Shown: positions 12,693-26,582 of the stretch, piece after piece
Layout: each line of letters opens with the position of its first letter
How positions within the stretch are numbered: the first letter of the stretch is position 1
Source of the DNA: Octopus sinensis
Taxonomy: Eukaryota
Assembly (NCBI RefSeq): GCF_006345805.1
Contig: NC_042997.1
Span: forward strand, 97,216,001-97,280,000
Reading direction: 5' to 3'
Length of the DNA stretch: 64,000 nt
Translations under genes and position numbers: made by a program
Notes under the pieces: model-generated
The model's input: only the letters and a program-made list of their open reading frames with translations
Told to the model about the DNA's origin: nothing
Databases searched by the model: none

Positions 12693-13314
12693 TTAACTTT
12701 TTAGCATTTAAACTGGCCAAATCCTGCTCAAATATTCTACATCTTTTACATTCAAACTGGCCATATCTGATCTCTCACACCTGACCTACACTAACATTCT
12801 AAAAAGAAACAGGTGCAGCCATGGCTGTGTGATAAGAAGCTTACTTCCCAACCAAATGGTTCTGGGTTCAGCCCCACCTTGGACAAATGTTTTCTACTAT
12901 AGCCCTGGGCCAAGCAAAGCCTTGAAAGTGGATTTGCTAGATGGAAACTAAAAGAAGTCCATGTAATGTGTGTGTGTGTGTGTGTTTCTCCCTCCCCACC
13001 ACCACCATCACTTGGCAGCTGATAATGGTGTGTTTATGTCCCCATAACTTAGCAGTTTGTCAAAGGAGGCCAATAGAATAATTACTAAGCTTGCAAATAA
13101 TAAGCCCTGAGCCGATTTCTTAAACTAAAAGCCAATTTAAAGTGAGCTCCAGCATGGATACAGTCAAATGACTGAAACAAGTAAAAGAAAGACTAAATAA
13201 ATGAAAGAATTATATCATCGAACCCTCAAAGCTATGAGAAACATAATTAATTCAAAACAATTTGAATTAAAAAGCATTACATTTGACAGAGTAATTAGAA
13301 TACTAAAGGGTTAA
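12693..13314. mobile_element. piggyBac-like MITE carrying a nested family 1 SINE (12812-13190)
   Basis: TTAA flanks at 12693 and 13311; termini ctttttagcatt / aatactaaaggg. Confidence 0.8.
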
Positions 13315-13399
13315 GCATTTTGTCCAATACAGTAAAGATTATGCCAGCTCAATGTTAGTCTAACTTTGATGGTATTTCAACTTCTAACTTATAGTCACT

Positions 13400-14330
13400 G
13401 TTAGGTTGTATGCTTTTTCCATGTGATGTTTAGAGTGGCTTATAACATACAGATACAAATGTTAGCAAGCCTTGCTTCCAAGTGTTTAGTACCTGTTGAA
13501 GTTATAGATTTGTACAGTATCATTGATTCCACAATGACAGAGAAGTTGTTTCTCTAATGATAATCAGAAAATGGTATCTTCAGTCACAAGAACAGTCACA
13601 AGATGTATTTTTCCATCCTTTTCTGTGGATGCAAAGTTACTTCTGAAATACACAAAGAAGTTTATAGACTTTGATTACACCCTCCTAATTAAGAGATGTA
13701 TTCAGTTTTTGAATCAATAACATACAAACCAATATCTTCTGCCACTATTTCAATGTCATGTAGAAGAGTGGTAGCTTCTGTCTGTGATGATAGCAATATG
13801 ATTAGCATAATCAGTGTCTGTTAATGCTGCCATAGTTGAGACAAGGGAGGGTAGATTTTGTTAGAAATGAGCTAAGTTTTTTAATATTTTCAACTGAAGT
13901 GTGAAGGATGTAGTGCAGACAGATGATAAATAGGAATGGCCTTGCAAGATGCCAGCATTTATGTCAAAGCAGTCAATGTTCTAGAAGATGGTTATTATGG
14001 CTACTACTGTTTTTTTTTGTTGTTTTTCTTTTTTTTTTTTTTCTGAGGTACACCACAAAAAAGAATTTGCTCCAATTTGCATCAGTGGGTAAAGTCAAAA
14101 GCTTTTGAGAAGTCTACAAACAGTAAAACTACTTACAGAATTTTAGCTCTGACTTGCACAATTATTCCCCTGTTAAGATCAATTCAATTCCAAATCATTT
14201 TTTTTTTTATTTGTATTTTTTTAAGACCTTCAGAATTTCTAGTTAACAGTAATCTGTTGTATATTTTTGGTGCAGATACTTTAAAAGTAATTCTTTAGTC
14301 ATGTCTAAATTTCCCTTCTTGGAGAATGGG
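13400..14330 (-). mobile_element. Old RTE-X-like LINE RT remnant
   Basis: Minus-strand fragments PFSKKGNL, KIYNRLLL, LLFVDFSKAFD and TDYANHIA..LLHDIE..IGLYV; a further piece lies on the plus strand at 14520-14600. Confidence 0.7.
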
Positions 14331-15358
14331 AGAATACAACTTTCTCAGTTGGCTTTTGATTCTATGCTGCATTACAGGTGGTAGGAACAATTCCAGAACC
14401 TTCTTAGTAATCCCCCAGCAATGTCAGAGAGACCTCTAGGAACAATTATTAAACATGATTTTCATATGAGACTTGATGATTTCACATTTGATCAGCTTAA
14501 TGAAGTACTGAAAAGAACCAAAAGCAGGAAGGCAATTTGACTTGATGATATACCACTGGAAGTTAGGAAGACAGAGGCATTCAATGATATCATCCTGCAG
14601 TCTTTTTCTGAAGTATGAAAAATAACAATAAATCAAATAAAAATATAAAAACTGTTTTCTTCCATTTGAGCTAAAATTATCCTTCTTAAATTAATGCATG
14701 ACACATTATGGGCACACATGCAATAGTATAGCTAGAGTTTGTGTTGCTTGAGACTGAATAATACTATACTATGTATCACAACCACCTGTTTGTTCTATAA
14801 CATGGTACATATCAAGTCTATTTTGCACATATGTTTATCTGAGTAGCAGGTGATCAAATGGTTAGCCAGATTCCAGAAGTTAGTATTACAAATAGGTCAT
14901 TTGCATCACAGAAACTTGTTCTTCTTTCATTCTTCATACCATAGTCTCTAGTCTCCTGAGTAATAATCCTGTCAATGTCCTGCATATTTAAGTTATCAGC
15001 TATGATAATGAATTCACAATCATTTCATTATCAAGGTCAACAAGAGAACCTCAAAGAACAGGTCCCTTTGAGTATGAACCAGTTAGGACTGAATTGAGCA
15101 AAGATCACGATTGCTGTTATGCTGTCTTTGATTGACTAGATAAAACTAAATTACTTCATCACATACTCTAATTATCTCAATTATTTTATATATACATTTT
15201 CCTGCCAACAAAATGTATCATCCTCCATCCATTCCAGTGTTGTAATCTATATGGTAAAAATGTAATTCTCCATACACTACCATTAAAAAAGAACAAAAAG
15301 GATTGGCTATAGAAATAACTTGTATCTATGACTTTAAATTACAACTAATTTCAAACCT

Positions 15359-16230
15359 TTAACCTTTAAGCATTCAGATTACTCTGTCAAAAGTAATGCT
15401 TATTTATTTACATTGTTTTGAATTGATTATGTGTTGTATTGTAGCATTGAGATTGTGATGATGTGACTGTTTACTTTTAGGATGATATTGTAGAATATGT
15501 ATGAGAAGTTGGATCCGACTGGTTTGAACATAAAACAAGTAAAATATTTGGGCCTGATATGACCGTCATTTAAAGTCTGTTTCCCATGCTGGCATCATCA
15601 TCATCATCATTGTTTAACGTCTGCTTTCCATGCTAGCATGGGTTAGACGATTTGACTGAGGGCTGGTGAACCAGATGGCTGCACCAGGCTCCAATGTTGA
15701 TCTGGCAGAGTTTCTACAGCTGGATGCCCTTCCTAACACCAACCACTCTGAGAGTATAATGGGTGCTTTTACATGTGCCATGGCACGGGGGCCAGTCAGG
15801 CGATACTGGCAATGACCTCGCTTGAATGTTTTTACACGTGCCACCGGCACAAGTGCTAGTAAGGCAACGCTGGTAATGATCACGTTCAAATGGTGCCCTT
15901 TTACGTACCACCGGCATGGAGCCAGTTAGCTGCCCTAGCAACGGATCATGCTCGGATGGTGCTCTTAGCACCCTACTAGCATGGGGTGCAAGTGCCAGTA
16001 AGGCGACGCTGGTAACGATCACACTTGAATGGTGCCTTTTATGTGCCACTGGCACAGAAGCCGGTTAGCTGCTCTGTCAACGATCACACTCGTATGGTGC
16101 TCTTTGCACCCCGCTAGCACAGATGCCAGTCATCAAATTTGTAACAGACAATTTGATAGAGCCTGGCTAGACAGAAAACTGCACCATGCTTCACTGTCTG
16201 TTACAGCCAGTTTAAATGCAAAAGGGTTAA
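15359..16230. mobile_element. piggyBac-like MITE with nested RTE 3'-UTR fragment (about 15590-16140, minus strand)
   Basis: TTAA-cctttaagcatt ... aatgcaaaaggg-TTAA; the insert has a (CAT)n tail and roughly 60-bp subrepeats. Confidence 0.8.
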
Positions 16231-16953
16231 ACAAAGAGCAAAACTGTAGTTGGTAAAATACCATACAGAGTACTCTTTGTTTGCATCTTTTCATTTTTAT
16301 CTTTCTTTTCATCTACTTTTGCAGGAAAAGAAAGAAAAGAAACCAAACTGTTATTCTAGATTAAGAAAAAAGAAAATGCTTAACTTATAAATTCTTCCTT
16401 TAGACTACTACAACAGGAAAACAAAAGAATAATTTTATTTGCTATCGGAAGAGAATATGATTAGGGACGAAGCCCTAGTTACATGTAAGATAACATTCAC
16501 TAAAGTTTTGTGGAAGTACAAGTTTAAAACAAATAACACTAAAAAATATTTTTTCACAAATTGCCAAACTGATGATGTCAAAGAAATAAATTTAGAAATA
16601 GAAATAAAATAGATAAAAACATTATACACTAAAATAAAGATAACAAATGGTATGCTGATAATTAAAAATAGTTCCACCAATACTCTACAAAATGTAACCT
16701 AATTCTGACAGTTTATTTATTTACTATTTCTTTTTATTAGATTTTTGTTGTTTATTTTTATTTTACAGAATGTTAGTTTCATCATTTATAGGAAGTGTTT
16801 AGAATTTAAGCTATAAATACATCCACATTTATGATTCTAAGTTCTATAAGACATTACACACCAACACGTTTGTGTACTCAATTTTATAAATATACATGTT
16901 TATATCTATGTGTGTGTATTAGTACATATGTGTATGTGTGTACATTGTACAAG

Positions 16954-16990
<37 letters not shown>

Positions 16991-17344
16991 ACTTGTGTTT
17001 ATGTGAATGTATAATTGGGGGTGGGGCTATAGATAAACTTAAGCTAGATATATATATTTGTGTTTATATTGTAAGTTACAAACAAAATTAGCACATAGGT
17101 ATTTTCAAGAAGGGCTATATAGAAATTCAAATTAACTAAAAAAGTTATGTGGTGGAGGGAGAAAGAGAGAGTGTAGGTATGCATGTATTTTCAAGAATGT
17201 ATGTGTGTGTGTCTGTCTGTGCAAGACAATGTGTACAAATATGTATGCATAAGTGTGTGTCAGTGAATGAGCACATATTCTCCCTCACAAGTGCTCAATC
17301 ACTCAAGCGCTTACCCAATCACACATGCAGGTGAGGATAATGAG

Positions 17345-19284
17345 TGAGTGACTACATGAATAAGAGGGGGCTGAGGACTGAACCTTGGTGGACCCCTACC
17401 TCTACCCGGAATTCTTCACTGTACTCGTTGCCAATCCTCACCATACTGATGGTGTTTCTGTACATGGCTCGCACAGCTCTCACTAACCATTCATCTATCC
17501 CTAGTTTCCTCATTGACCACCAGATAAGGGATCGGGAGACCCTGTCAAAGGCTTTCTCCATGTCAACGAAAGCCAGGTACAGAGGTTTATCTTTGGTTAG
17601 GTATTTCTCCTGCAGCTGTCTTATCAGAAATATGGCATCAGTAGTGCTTTTCCTTGGCACGAACCAAAACTGCATCTCATCTAAACTGACTTTCTCACTA
17701 ATTAGTTGGGCTATGACCCTCTCCGTGACCTTCATTACCTGATCCAATAACTTGATACCTCTGTAATTATTTGTATCTAAAGCATCACCTTTACCTTTGT
17801 AGCAGTTGACTATGGTGCTGCTACACCAGTCATTGGGTATGACTCTTTCATGTGACTAGGCTATAGCCGACACTGCCAGATATTTTGAGCATCTCTGCAT
17901 TGATTCTTGATGGGCCGGGGGCTTTCGCTGTCTTCATACTCTTGATTACTTTATCTAACAAGGTACTGTCAATTCAGATAGCTGGTCCCTCTGTTGGGTC
18001 GACATTCAGCAGACTCTCTTTCTTCCATTCATTCTCTTTATTGAGCAACCTTTCATAGTGGCGTCTCCAAACCTCTCTCTTTGCAACCTCGTTTAGTGCA
18101 AGTGAACCATCATCCATGTAGACACATTTCTCTCCTACGGCATCATGATTCTCTCTCACACACTGTCTTGCAACACGAATACTTCAAGTCCTTGGTCCTC
18201 ACGGCACAGAACATTGGCAAATTTTTTCTTATCTGCTTCCCCTCTGGCTAAATAAATCTGTCTCCTAGCTTCCCTTGTGGCAGCCTGATACAATTCCCTG
18301 CTACCTCCGTTCTTCCAGTCCTTCCAAGCCTGTTTCTTTTCCTGTCAACCACATTGTTCCACCACCACGTTACCTTGGGTCGAGAGGGGACTTTGCACCA
18401 TCCACAGATCTGGTCAGTGGCTCTCAGCAAGTTGTCCCGTAGAAACCTCCAGTTGTCTTCCACATTATGTGATGCTATATCCCCTTCTGTTTTGTCGAAG
18501 GCTTTGAGTAATATGTCTCTGTCCATTTGAAAGATCTTTAAGCTTCCAGACCCTTCTCCTCCAAGCTGGTCTTCTTCTGGGCATCCATTTAGCCCTGATC
18601 CCAAAGTCACTAACTACTAATCTATGTTGAAGGGTACATTCTTCGCCTGGGAAGGTTTGGGCATTTATAAGCAGCCCTATATCCCTTTTTCTGGTGAGGA
18701 TGTAGTCAATTTGGCTAGTGTATCTGCCAGAACAGTAAGTGACTAGGTGACAGGCGGGTTTCCTGAAGTTGGTATTGCAAACCATAAGATCATTTGCATC
18801 GCAGAACTCCAGCAGTCTGGTTCCCTCCTCATTGCGGGAACCAAAACCACGGCCTCCATGTACGTCATGGAAGCCCCCTGCATGTTGTCCAACATGTCCA
18901 TTGAAATCACCAGCTACAAAGAGAAGGTCCCTGTCATTCATCAACAAGGTAGTCTGCAATAGGGTGTCATAAAATCTTTCTTTCTGCCCATCCGGTAGCC
19001 CCGGTCGAGGGGCATAGGCTGAGATAATGGTAGCTAACCTATGGTGAAGCACTAATCTAATCTTAAGTATTCTATCACATACTCTGACTACCTCGATTAC
19101 CTTATCAACCCATTTCTCCACAAGAAGTATACCCACGCCCCTGACCTCATCAGTGTTCCCTGGCTAGAAAATCATGTACCTAAGTTCTTTACCTGTGAGG
19201 AGCCTAGCGGAACTTCCTCTCCACCTTACTTCTTGGATGCAGCACAAATCTACATGTCTCCGTTCAAGCATCTCAACAATCTCA
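17345..19284 (-). mobile_element. RTE-clade LINE fragment: APE endonuclease plus N-terminal RT, frameshifted
   Basis: GDFNGH and TSQIDYIL (APE); FVDMEKAFD and GVHQGSVLSPLLF (RT). Confidence 0.95.
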
Positions 19285-19294
19285 ATATATATAA

Positions 19295-19373
<79 letters not shown>

Positions 19374-19772
19374 GTAGGTTAGAGGATGTATGAAAGTGCA
19401 TGAATATGAAACCCAAACATCACATGTAATTGCTTGCCTTTTCTATCATCTAAGTCTTAAAGAAATCAATTATTATCTTGTAAGTCAGGCAAATCAATAA
19501 TGGATCACATTGAATATATCATTGTTAGCATATAGATGTACAGTTTATTCTCTTTAACTTTCCCATTCCTAACATAAAAGCATCTGCTTCTCTGAACATA
19601 AAGCTAGCTAACCTCATACCCTCATCTTTCAGACATCACACCAAAATCTTAAACCAATTCTTCTGCTGTTCTTCCATCCCACCCAGAATAGCCTTTCATT
19701 CTGATATTTCTACCCTGTCAATGTTTCCCAACTAATGCTGGTGTGTTTACATCCCAGTAAATAAGCTACATT

Positions 19773-19803
<31 letters not shown>

Positions 19804-19824
19804 TTATACATTCATACATATACA

Positions 19825-20980
19825 TATCAAAGGAAGGCTAACTGGGAAGATTTGTGTGTGGCAAATACTCAGGGGTGATGAACACTGAAAATGTGCAGAA
19901 AACAGCTTCTGTCACATACCAGGGGGAAAATCTAGAAGTAGTTGATAGCTTCCGTTACCTAGTCAGTAGTGGGGGTGGATGCTCTGAGAGTGTAGCTGCT
20001 AGAATAAGAATAGTCTGGGCAAATTTCAGAGTGCTCCTACCTCTGCTGGTGACAAAGGGCCTCTTGTTCAGAGTGAAAGGTAAACTGTATGACTCATGTG
20101 CAAACAGCCATGCTACATGGCAGTGAAACATGGGCCGTGACTGCTAAGGACATGGGTAAGCTTGCAAGAAATGAAGCTAGTATGTTCCACTGGATGTGTA
20201 ATGTTAGTGTGTATACATGACAGAGTGTAAGTGCCCTGAGAAAAATGTTGGACATAAGAAGCATCAGATGTGGTGTGCAAGAGAGACGACTATGCTAGTA
20301 TGGTCATGTGTTGCATATGGATGAGAACAGCTGTATGAAAAAGCATCACACCCTAGCAGTAGAGGGAACCTGTGGAAGAGGTAGACCCAGGAAGACCTGG
20401 GATGAGGTGGTGAAGCACGACCTTCAAATGTTGGACCTCACGGAGGTGATGACAAGTGACCGAGACCTTGGAGATATGCTGTACTTGAGAAGACCCAGCA
20501 AGCCAATTGAGATCGTAACCATGGCCTATGCCAGTGCAACATAACTGGCCCATTTAAGAGTGCCATTCAATCATTGGGCAATAAACTGTGCGTGCAAAGA
20601 TCTGTTTAGTCAAGTGAAGTCATTGTCATGGCCGATGCCAGTACCACCTGACTGGCTCCTGTGCTGGTGGAATGTAAAAAGCACAATTCAAGTGTGGTTG
20701 TTGCCAGTGCTGCCAAACTGGATCCTATACTGCCGGCATGTAAAAAGCACCATTCAAATGTGGTCGATAATAGTACCGCCTAACTGACCATCGTGCCGAT
20801 GGTACATAAAAAGCACTTACTACACTCTCGGAGTGGTTGGCGTTAGGAAGGGCCTCCAGCTGTAGGAACCTTGCCAGATCAGATTGTAGCCTGGTACAGC
20901 CTTCTAATTTGCCACTCCTCAAACCATCCAACCCATGCCAGCATGGAAAGCAGATGTCAAACGACGATGATGATGATGAT
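19825..20980 (+). mobile_element. RTE-clade LINE 3' fragment with 3' UTR and (GAT)n tail
   Basis: LEVVDSFRYL, ARIRIVWANFR, GRGRPRKTW; tail gatgatgat. Confidence 0.9.
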
Positions 20981-20984
20981 ATAT

Positions 20985-21200
20985 ATATAAGAAAAATAGA
21001 AAATGGAGACAAATGCTCAAGATGTTATTTAATCATTTGTATCTTCATATCTCCTACATATATTTCGATGGATACATCCAAAATGCATCCGACAAGATGG
21101 ATAATGCTCAGCTATGCATCAATCTCTTCAGGGAGGATATAAATAACAGTACTCATCAAATAGACATTTTAACATATATGAAACCCCAGAAAATGTGATA
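20985..21200 (-). mobile_element. Penelope-type mini-element fragment between TA tracts, containing a hammerhead
   Basis: Contains the ribozyme at 21047-21140; shares the agaaaatggag motif near its 3' end with the 32-kb element. Confidence 0.65.
21047..21140 (-). ncRNA. Type I hammerhead ribozyme with an intact core
   Basis: Minus strand: CTCC-CTGAAGA-GATTGATGCAT...ATGTATCCATC-GAAA-TATATG-TA-GGAG. Stems I, II and III all pair; predicted GUA cleavage between 21055 and 21054. Confidence 0.8.
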
Positions 21201-22384
21201 TATAAATATGGATATGCAAACACATACACACGTCTTGCTTGTTCAAATCCCATACAAGTGTGTCCATTGTTTCCTAGGACACTTAAACAAAATTTAGCTA
21301 CCTTGGAATTATTCCCTCGGATCCTTCCTATATATTCTACACACACACACACATACACATGTATGCATATGATTTTTCAAGCTGGTAATATCAATATGGT
21401 GTATTAGCTACTCAGCATGAGGTTTAAATTAACACACATAGTTTGTAAAAGACAAAGAGCATGTGTTCATGTAAAATGTCACTTACCTCATACAGTTAGT
21501 AAGCCATCATGTTGATATTACCAGCAAAAGAAATAGCAAAATGAATTCAATATTCTGACCAGGAAACCTTGTGAAGCAGAATTCAAATGGTTTTTGTGTG
21601 GTTTTTATTAATAATAATTCTTTCTGCAATAGGTATAAGGCCTGAAAATTGTGGAGAGAAGGCGAGTTGATTGCCTTGAGCCTAGTGCTCAACTGTCTTA
21701 TTTTAATGACCCTTAAAGGATGAACTACAAAATCAACCTCAGTGCAATTGGAACTCAGAGCATAAAGATGGACAAAATGCTTAGCAGCATTTTGTCCAGC
21801 ATGCTAATGATTCTGCCAGCTCTCCACCTTATTTTTATTATGAAGAAGAAGAAGAAGAGAAGAAGAAGAAGAAAAAGAAGGACGTTATATAGACCTCTTT
21901 GACTCAAGTTAGAGAAGGGGTGCATATTATACACAAGGGTTAGGTTTTTCAGAGGTACCGCCCCCTAAAAATCCCCTGCGTATTATACTCAAGGGCGGAC
22001 TATACTCAAGGATTTATGGTACTTATGTGGCACAGACAGAAACAGTTGGGGCAAATTTTCTATGGCTCGATGCCAACGCTTACCTAGTTCCAGGTAATGA
22101 AATACTTTCCCATGGGTGGGCGTGTTTTCACAGAAGATTGGAAACAAAGAAAACCACTTGTATGATGGTGACACTTACAACAATCATACAAAGGCAAGAC
22201 AAAGAAATATCAAGTCTCACACACACATAAATGCACACCTACATACATACAACAAGCTTCTTTCAATTTCCCTCTACTGAATCCATTCACAAGGCTTTGG
22301 TCAGCCCAGGGCTTTGACATTCCAGCGACATCAGAGCTATATAGTAAATAATTGGTTAAATATTCTAAATACTTTACTTATTGT

Positions 22385-22520
22385 TCTGTTGTGTCTGGGG
22401 AGAGTCATTCTCTTTTAGTACCTTATTATTTAACACACTCGCTGGTAAAATTTCCACTTATTTTATCTTTTTATTTTCCTAAAATTTTCGTTGTGTCTTG
22501 CAACCTTTTCAATAGTCTTT
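22385..22520 (+). repeat. Copy of a short dispersed repeat also present at 38710-38942 and 40512-40702
   Basis: Shared ttctgttgtgtctggggagagtcatt...ggtaaaatttccactta. Confidence 0.75.
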
Positions 22521-22660
22521 ACTTATTGTTTTTTTCTTTTTCCTGTTAGAAAACACTTTTTCAAGATGCCACACAGCAGGATTGAACCCAGGACCAAGTG
22601 GTTGGAAAGCAAGCTTCTTAACCATGCAGCCATGCTTGTACCTATATCCGTGTGTGTGTT

Positions 22661-22723
<63 letters not shown>

Positions 22724-23559
22724 ATATAAATGTAATATGATGGCAGAATCAATAAATTGTGAGAAAAAAATACTTAGTTTGAGTTACATCATTTTACATT
22801 CTGAAATTCAAATGCCACCGTAAGTCCACTTCAGCTTTCATCCTTAGAGGTCAGAAAATAAATAAGTACCAGTCAATAAAATAAGTGTTGATATATATAT
22901 TATATACACAAATGAATCAATTATAAAAATGTATTGATCAAATTGTATTGGGTGAAAAAATGCTTTAACAGGAAAAAGAAAAACACAATAAGTAGAAGTG
23001 TTTAAAATATTTAACCTATTATTTACTATGTGGCTCTGATGTCTCTGGAATGTCAAAGTCCTGTTATTAGCAAAGCAAGTTTATTGATAATAATATGAAT
23101 AAATCCAACTATCGAATAATTGTATAACAAGTCATAGTGCTCACTCACTCTCTCTCTTGCTCTCCCTCACTGTGTGTATGTGTGTGTGCATGTATATATA
23201 CATATATATAAATATATGTATGTATGCATAAGTTAAGCTTATGACAAATATAATCCAGTGGCTACTTAAACAATTACACCACATGACCTATGTAAAATAA
23301 CTAACAAAATGAATGAATGATTGCACTAACGACTGCCTCTATCTGTACAAGTGTGTGTGTGTGTGTGTGTGTGTCCAGCTGTATGTGTGAATCTATCTGT
23401 GTGTCTCTCTCAGGAATGGCAATGTTCAGTCAAGAGTAGCAAGCAACTAATAGAGGGAACTTTAAATAGTAATGCTACCAAATGCTAAAGATAGTTAGTT
23501 ACTAGTACTGAAATCAATGAGGTATGTATACATACACTTTCTTTCTTTCCCTCTCAAAC

Positions 23560-23790
23560 ACATACACACATACACACAGAAAGCAAACAAGAGCACACAC
23601 ACACACACACATAGCCAACAAGACACATGCACAGCCAAAAAGACACACACACACAACCAAAAAGACACACACACACACACACAGCCAAAAAGACACACAC
23701 ACAGCCAAAAGAACACACATACACACACACACAACACACAACAAAACACATAGCCACTAAGACACACACAGCCAACAAGAAACAAAGTTA
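23560..23790. repeat. (CA)n-based minisatellite with acagccaaaaag units
   Basis: Direct inspection. Confidence 0.75.
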
Positions 23791-24039
23791 ACATCAAAGC
23801 CAGATCCACTGGTAACCTATTTTTTTATGCCATTCACTAGGCTCTCACTTTAGGGAAATGTCTTCAACTATGTCTAACATGCAAATCTATCAAATCTTCC
23901 TGCCTATGATCTCTACCTATTTCTCATTCTTTGGATCAGGGTCTTCCTATCCGATTGCATCATAACAGGAAGTGTTGACAGAACTCTTCCTACTCCACTT
24001 TGAATAAACTCTGGGGGTATTTAAAGTTCAATGATAGAA

Positions 24040-24320
24040 GAAGAAAGTGAGAGAGGCCACGTCCAACAATGCCCATTCTATAATGGCTTTTGTTCCTCAG
24101 AGATGGCCGATCTCATACTTCAATCACTTAGGCACCCTTCATCCATTCATTTTTTTCACCTCCCATCACCCTTAGTGCATTCAACACCCTCAGCTTTTCA
24201 CTATTATTCCCAGTTATTTCTGTGTAAAACTTTGGTCTTCTGGAATCTATTCTCTGCTTAAGCCTTTTCTGCAAGTGTTGACCTGCAACAGTATGTTAAA
24301 TTAATAACATCAACCCTACT
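24040..24320 (+). mobile_element. Very old CR1/L2/Jockey-group LINE 3' remnant
   Basis: FYNGFCSSEMADLI ... KTLVFWNL resembles the Y..G.CS.EL / RT..LWN.LP RT C-terminus. Confidence 0.5.
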
Positions 24321-24746
24321 AGTCTCAGAGAGCCTGAAAAAGTCATAGGCGAGGTTCCATCATTCAGACTTAAACACCAGAGTGTCTTTCTGCTGATTTA
24401 TTTCAGTACTGCATGAAACTATTTCAGCAAAATATGTTCACATTCTCTATTAACAGGTCAAACATCTTGTGTCTTCATTTTCAAAGATAAGTAGAAAGAA
24501 AAAAACCTTTACTTGAAAACAAGGAAGTGTGTAAGTTTTAGTGACAGAAAGGATATTTAACTGTAAAATAATGACACAATAATAAGTGTTAATCCAACCC
24601 ATGCTAGCATGGAAAAGTGAATAAAAAGACAGACATGCATTTATAAACAAGAACACACATTCATGTGCAGCTAGATACATGTCTATAAGCATCTTAACAC
24701 ACATCAATATACAGACACATCTATATGCAGACACACACAATATCTA

Positions 24747-24777
<31 letters not shown>

Positions 24778-25269
24778 GCACAGTTTATGTTTCTAAGTAA
24801 ACATCAATAAATATTTTATAAATATTTGGTACCTTCATATGTGTATGTGTGTTTGTGTGCGTACACACACACACACACAGAATAAAATAACATGAATGCC
24901 GACATTATATCAGGTTGTAAAGAACCATTGTAATAGCAAAACAAAAAGCCTTTGAAAACCAGCCAAACCCTACCAAGTTCTTAATTCTCATAATTTAACA
25001 GAACAGAGTCAAAATAGTCTGTTACTGGATTATCTTGACATAGAATTTTCATGAATTTGTCCTGTTTCCTTACTAAGATTCTATATCTCAAATATATTCG
25101 CTGTAGTAATTTAGCATTGGCAGAATAGACTATGATCAAAATTGTTCCTGTTAACAGCATTTTTATTTCTTTCAGATAGTGAGTATTTAAATATCAAATT
25201 ACTGGATGTAAGGTTACATATCTCTTACTATTTTTTAAGATGCCTTTGCTACTATTTGTTGTTGTTGTT

Positions 25270-25571
25270 GTCTGTTCCTTCTCAAGCCATGCCTAGCTCA
25301 TAAAGGCCGTTTTCCCGGTTTCCTTGGTGTATAGGTTCCCCAACCTGAACGGGACGCCAGTCCATCACAGGTGATCTGCAAGATGCAGGGGGAAAGAGTG
25401 AGAGAAAGTTGTGGCGAAAGAGTCAGCAGAAGTTCACCATTACCTTCTGCCGGTGCCGCATGGAGCTTAGGTGTTTCACTCATAAACACACACATTGCCC
25501 GGTCTGAGATTCGAACCCATGATCCCTCGACCACAAGTCTGCTGCTCAAACCACTAGGCCATGTGCCTCCA
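25270..25571 (-). mobile_element. tRNA-derived SINE with a V-domain-like segment
   Basis: Minus strand: A-box tggcctagtgg, B-box ggttcgaatc, and cctgtgatggactggcgtcccgttcagg; related copy at 48465-48690 (+). Confidence 0.75.
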
Positions 25572-25597
25572 CCATTGCTACCATTTCTAACATATGG

Positions 25598-25823
25598 TTA
25601 ACCTTTTAGCATTCAGATTACTGTGAAATGTACTGCTTATTTATCCACAATGTTTTGAATTAATCATGCTTTATCTTGTAGCTTTGAGATTTCATTGATT
25701 TGATTGTTCATGATTAGAATAATATTGTAGGGCAAGTATGAGAGGTTGGATCTGGCCAGTTTGATGATAAAACAGGTAGAATATTTTGGCCAGATATGGC
25801 CGGTTTAAATGCTAAAGGGTTAA
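25598..25823. mobile_element. piggyBac-like MITE, uninterrupted, about 220 bp
   Basis: TTAA-ccttttagcatt ... aatgctaaaggg-TTAA. Confidence 0.85.
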
Positions 25824-26426
25824 ACATTTGTAACATCAATTCTTCCTCTCTCTGGCAAGTACTGTATTTCATTACATTCTGAGTTCAAATCCTGCTGAAG
25901 GATTTGAAACAATAATTTTAATTGTCCTAAGCTGCTGCTATTGTTTAACTGCAGGCTAATGGGTGGGGGAAGCAAATGGTCAAAAGGACAGTGACAGAGA
26001 GACAAACAGACATAGATATATTATCTTTTTATATGTATAAGACCATAGTGTCCAAAATGTTCTTTACAAATATATGATGTTATGATATGACTTGAGGGAA
26101 TTTTGCATAGTCTCTTGATCAAAGTAGAAGAGACATCCTACACTGGCTTGAAATAACTTGTTCAGCCCTCAGATCAGCCTTGATCAACAAGGTTTATAGT
26201 GAAAAGTGTCCTAGTTACAAACATAGCAGGTTGAGTTACTGTGTTCAAGGTCCCGTGTTGAATACTGAAACCAGTATTCAAATTATTGGCATCATTTTAT
26301 TGAAAATATTGTGAGGCATAGCTGTGTGGATAGGCACAAATGTGCAGAGTGGCATGTGTATGTATAGGATAAAATTTTATCAATGGCCAGCAGATCAAAA
26401 AATACCTTTAAAGGTTAAGTTTATAA

Positions 26427-26582
26427 ATAACTTATAAAATAAGGGCAAAAGAAAAATTCTAATGCCAAATATGCCGAAAAAAAGACAAAATTGTCAATAA
26501 CCATTATAATGGTTATTGACAATTTTGTCTTTTTTTCGGCATATTTGGCATTAGAATTTTTCTTTTGCCCTTATTTTATAAG

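Noticed and set aside
15770-16130. Roughly 60-bp periodic repeats resembling a CRISPR array
   Set aside because: Degenerate tandem subrepeats of the RTE 3' UTR, also at 20630-20820 and 33760-34030; no unique spacers and no cas genes; animal DNA.
16435-16685. Hydrophobic 81-aa minus-strand ORF after an AG
   Set aside because: Composition is explained by T-richness; no motif recognised.
21487-21570. Perfect minus-strand donor GAG|GTAAGT
   Set aside because: All frames from the nearby acceptors contain stops; a non-coding exon cannot be excluded but is unsupported.
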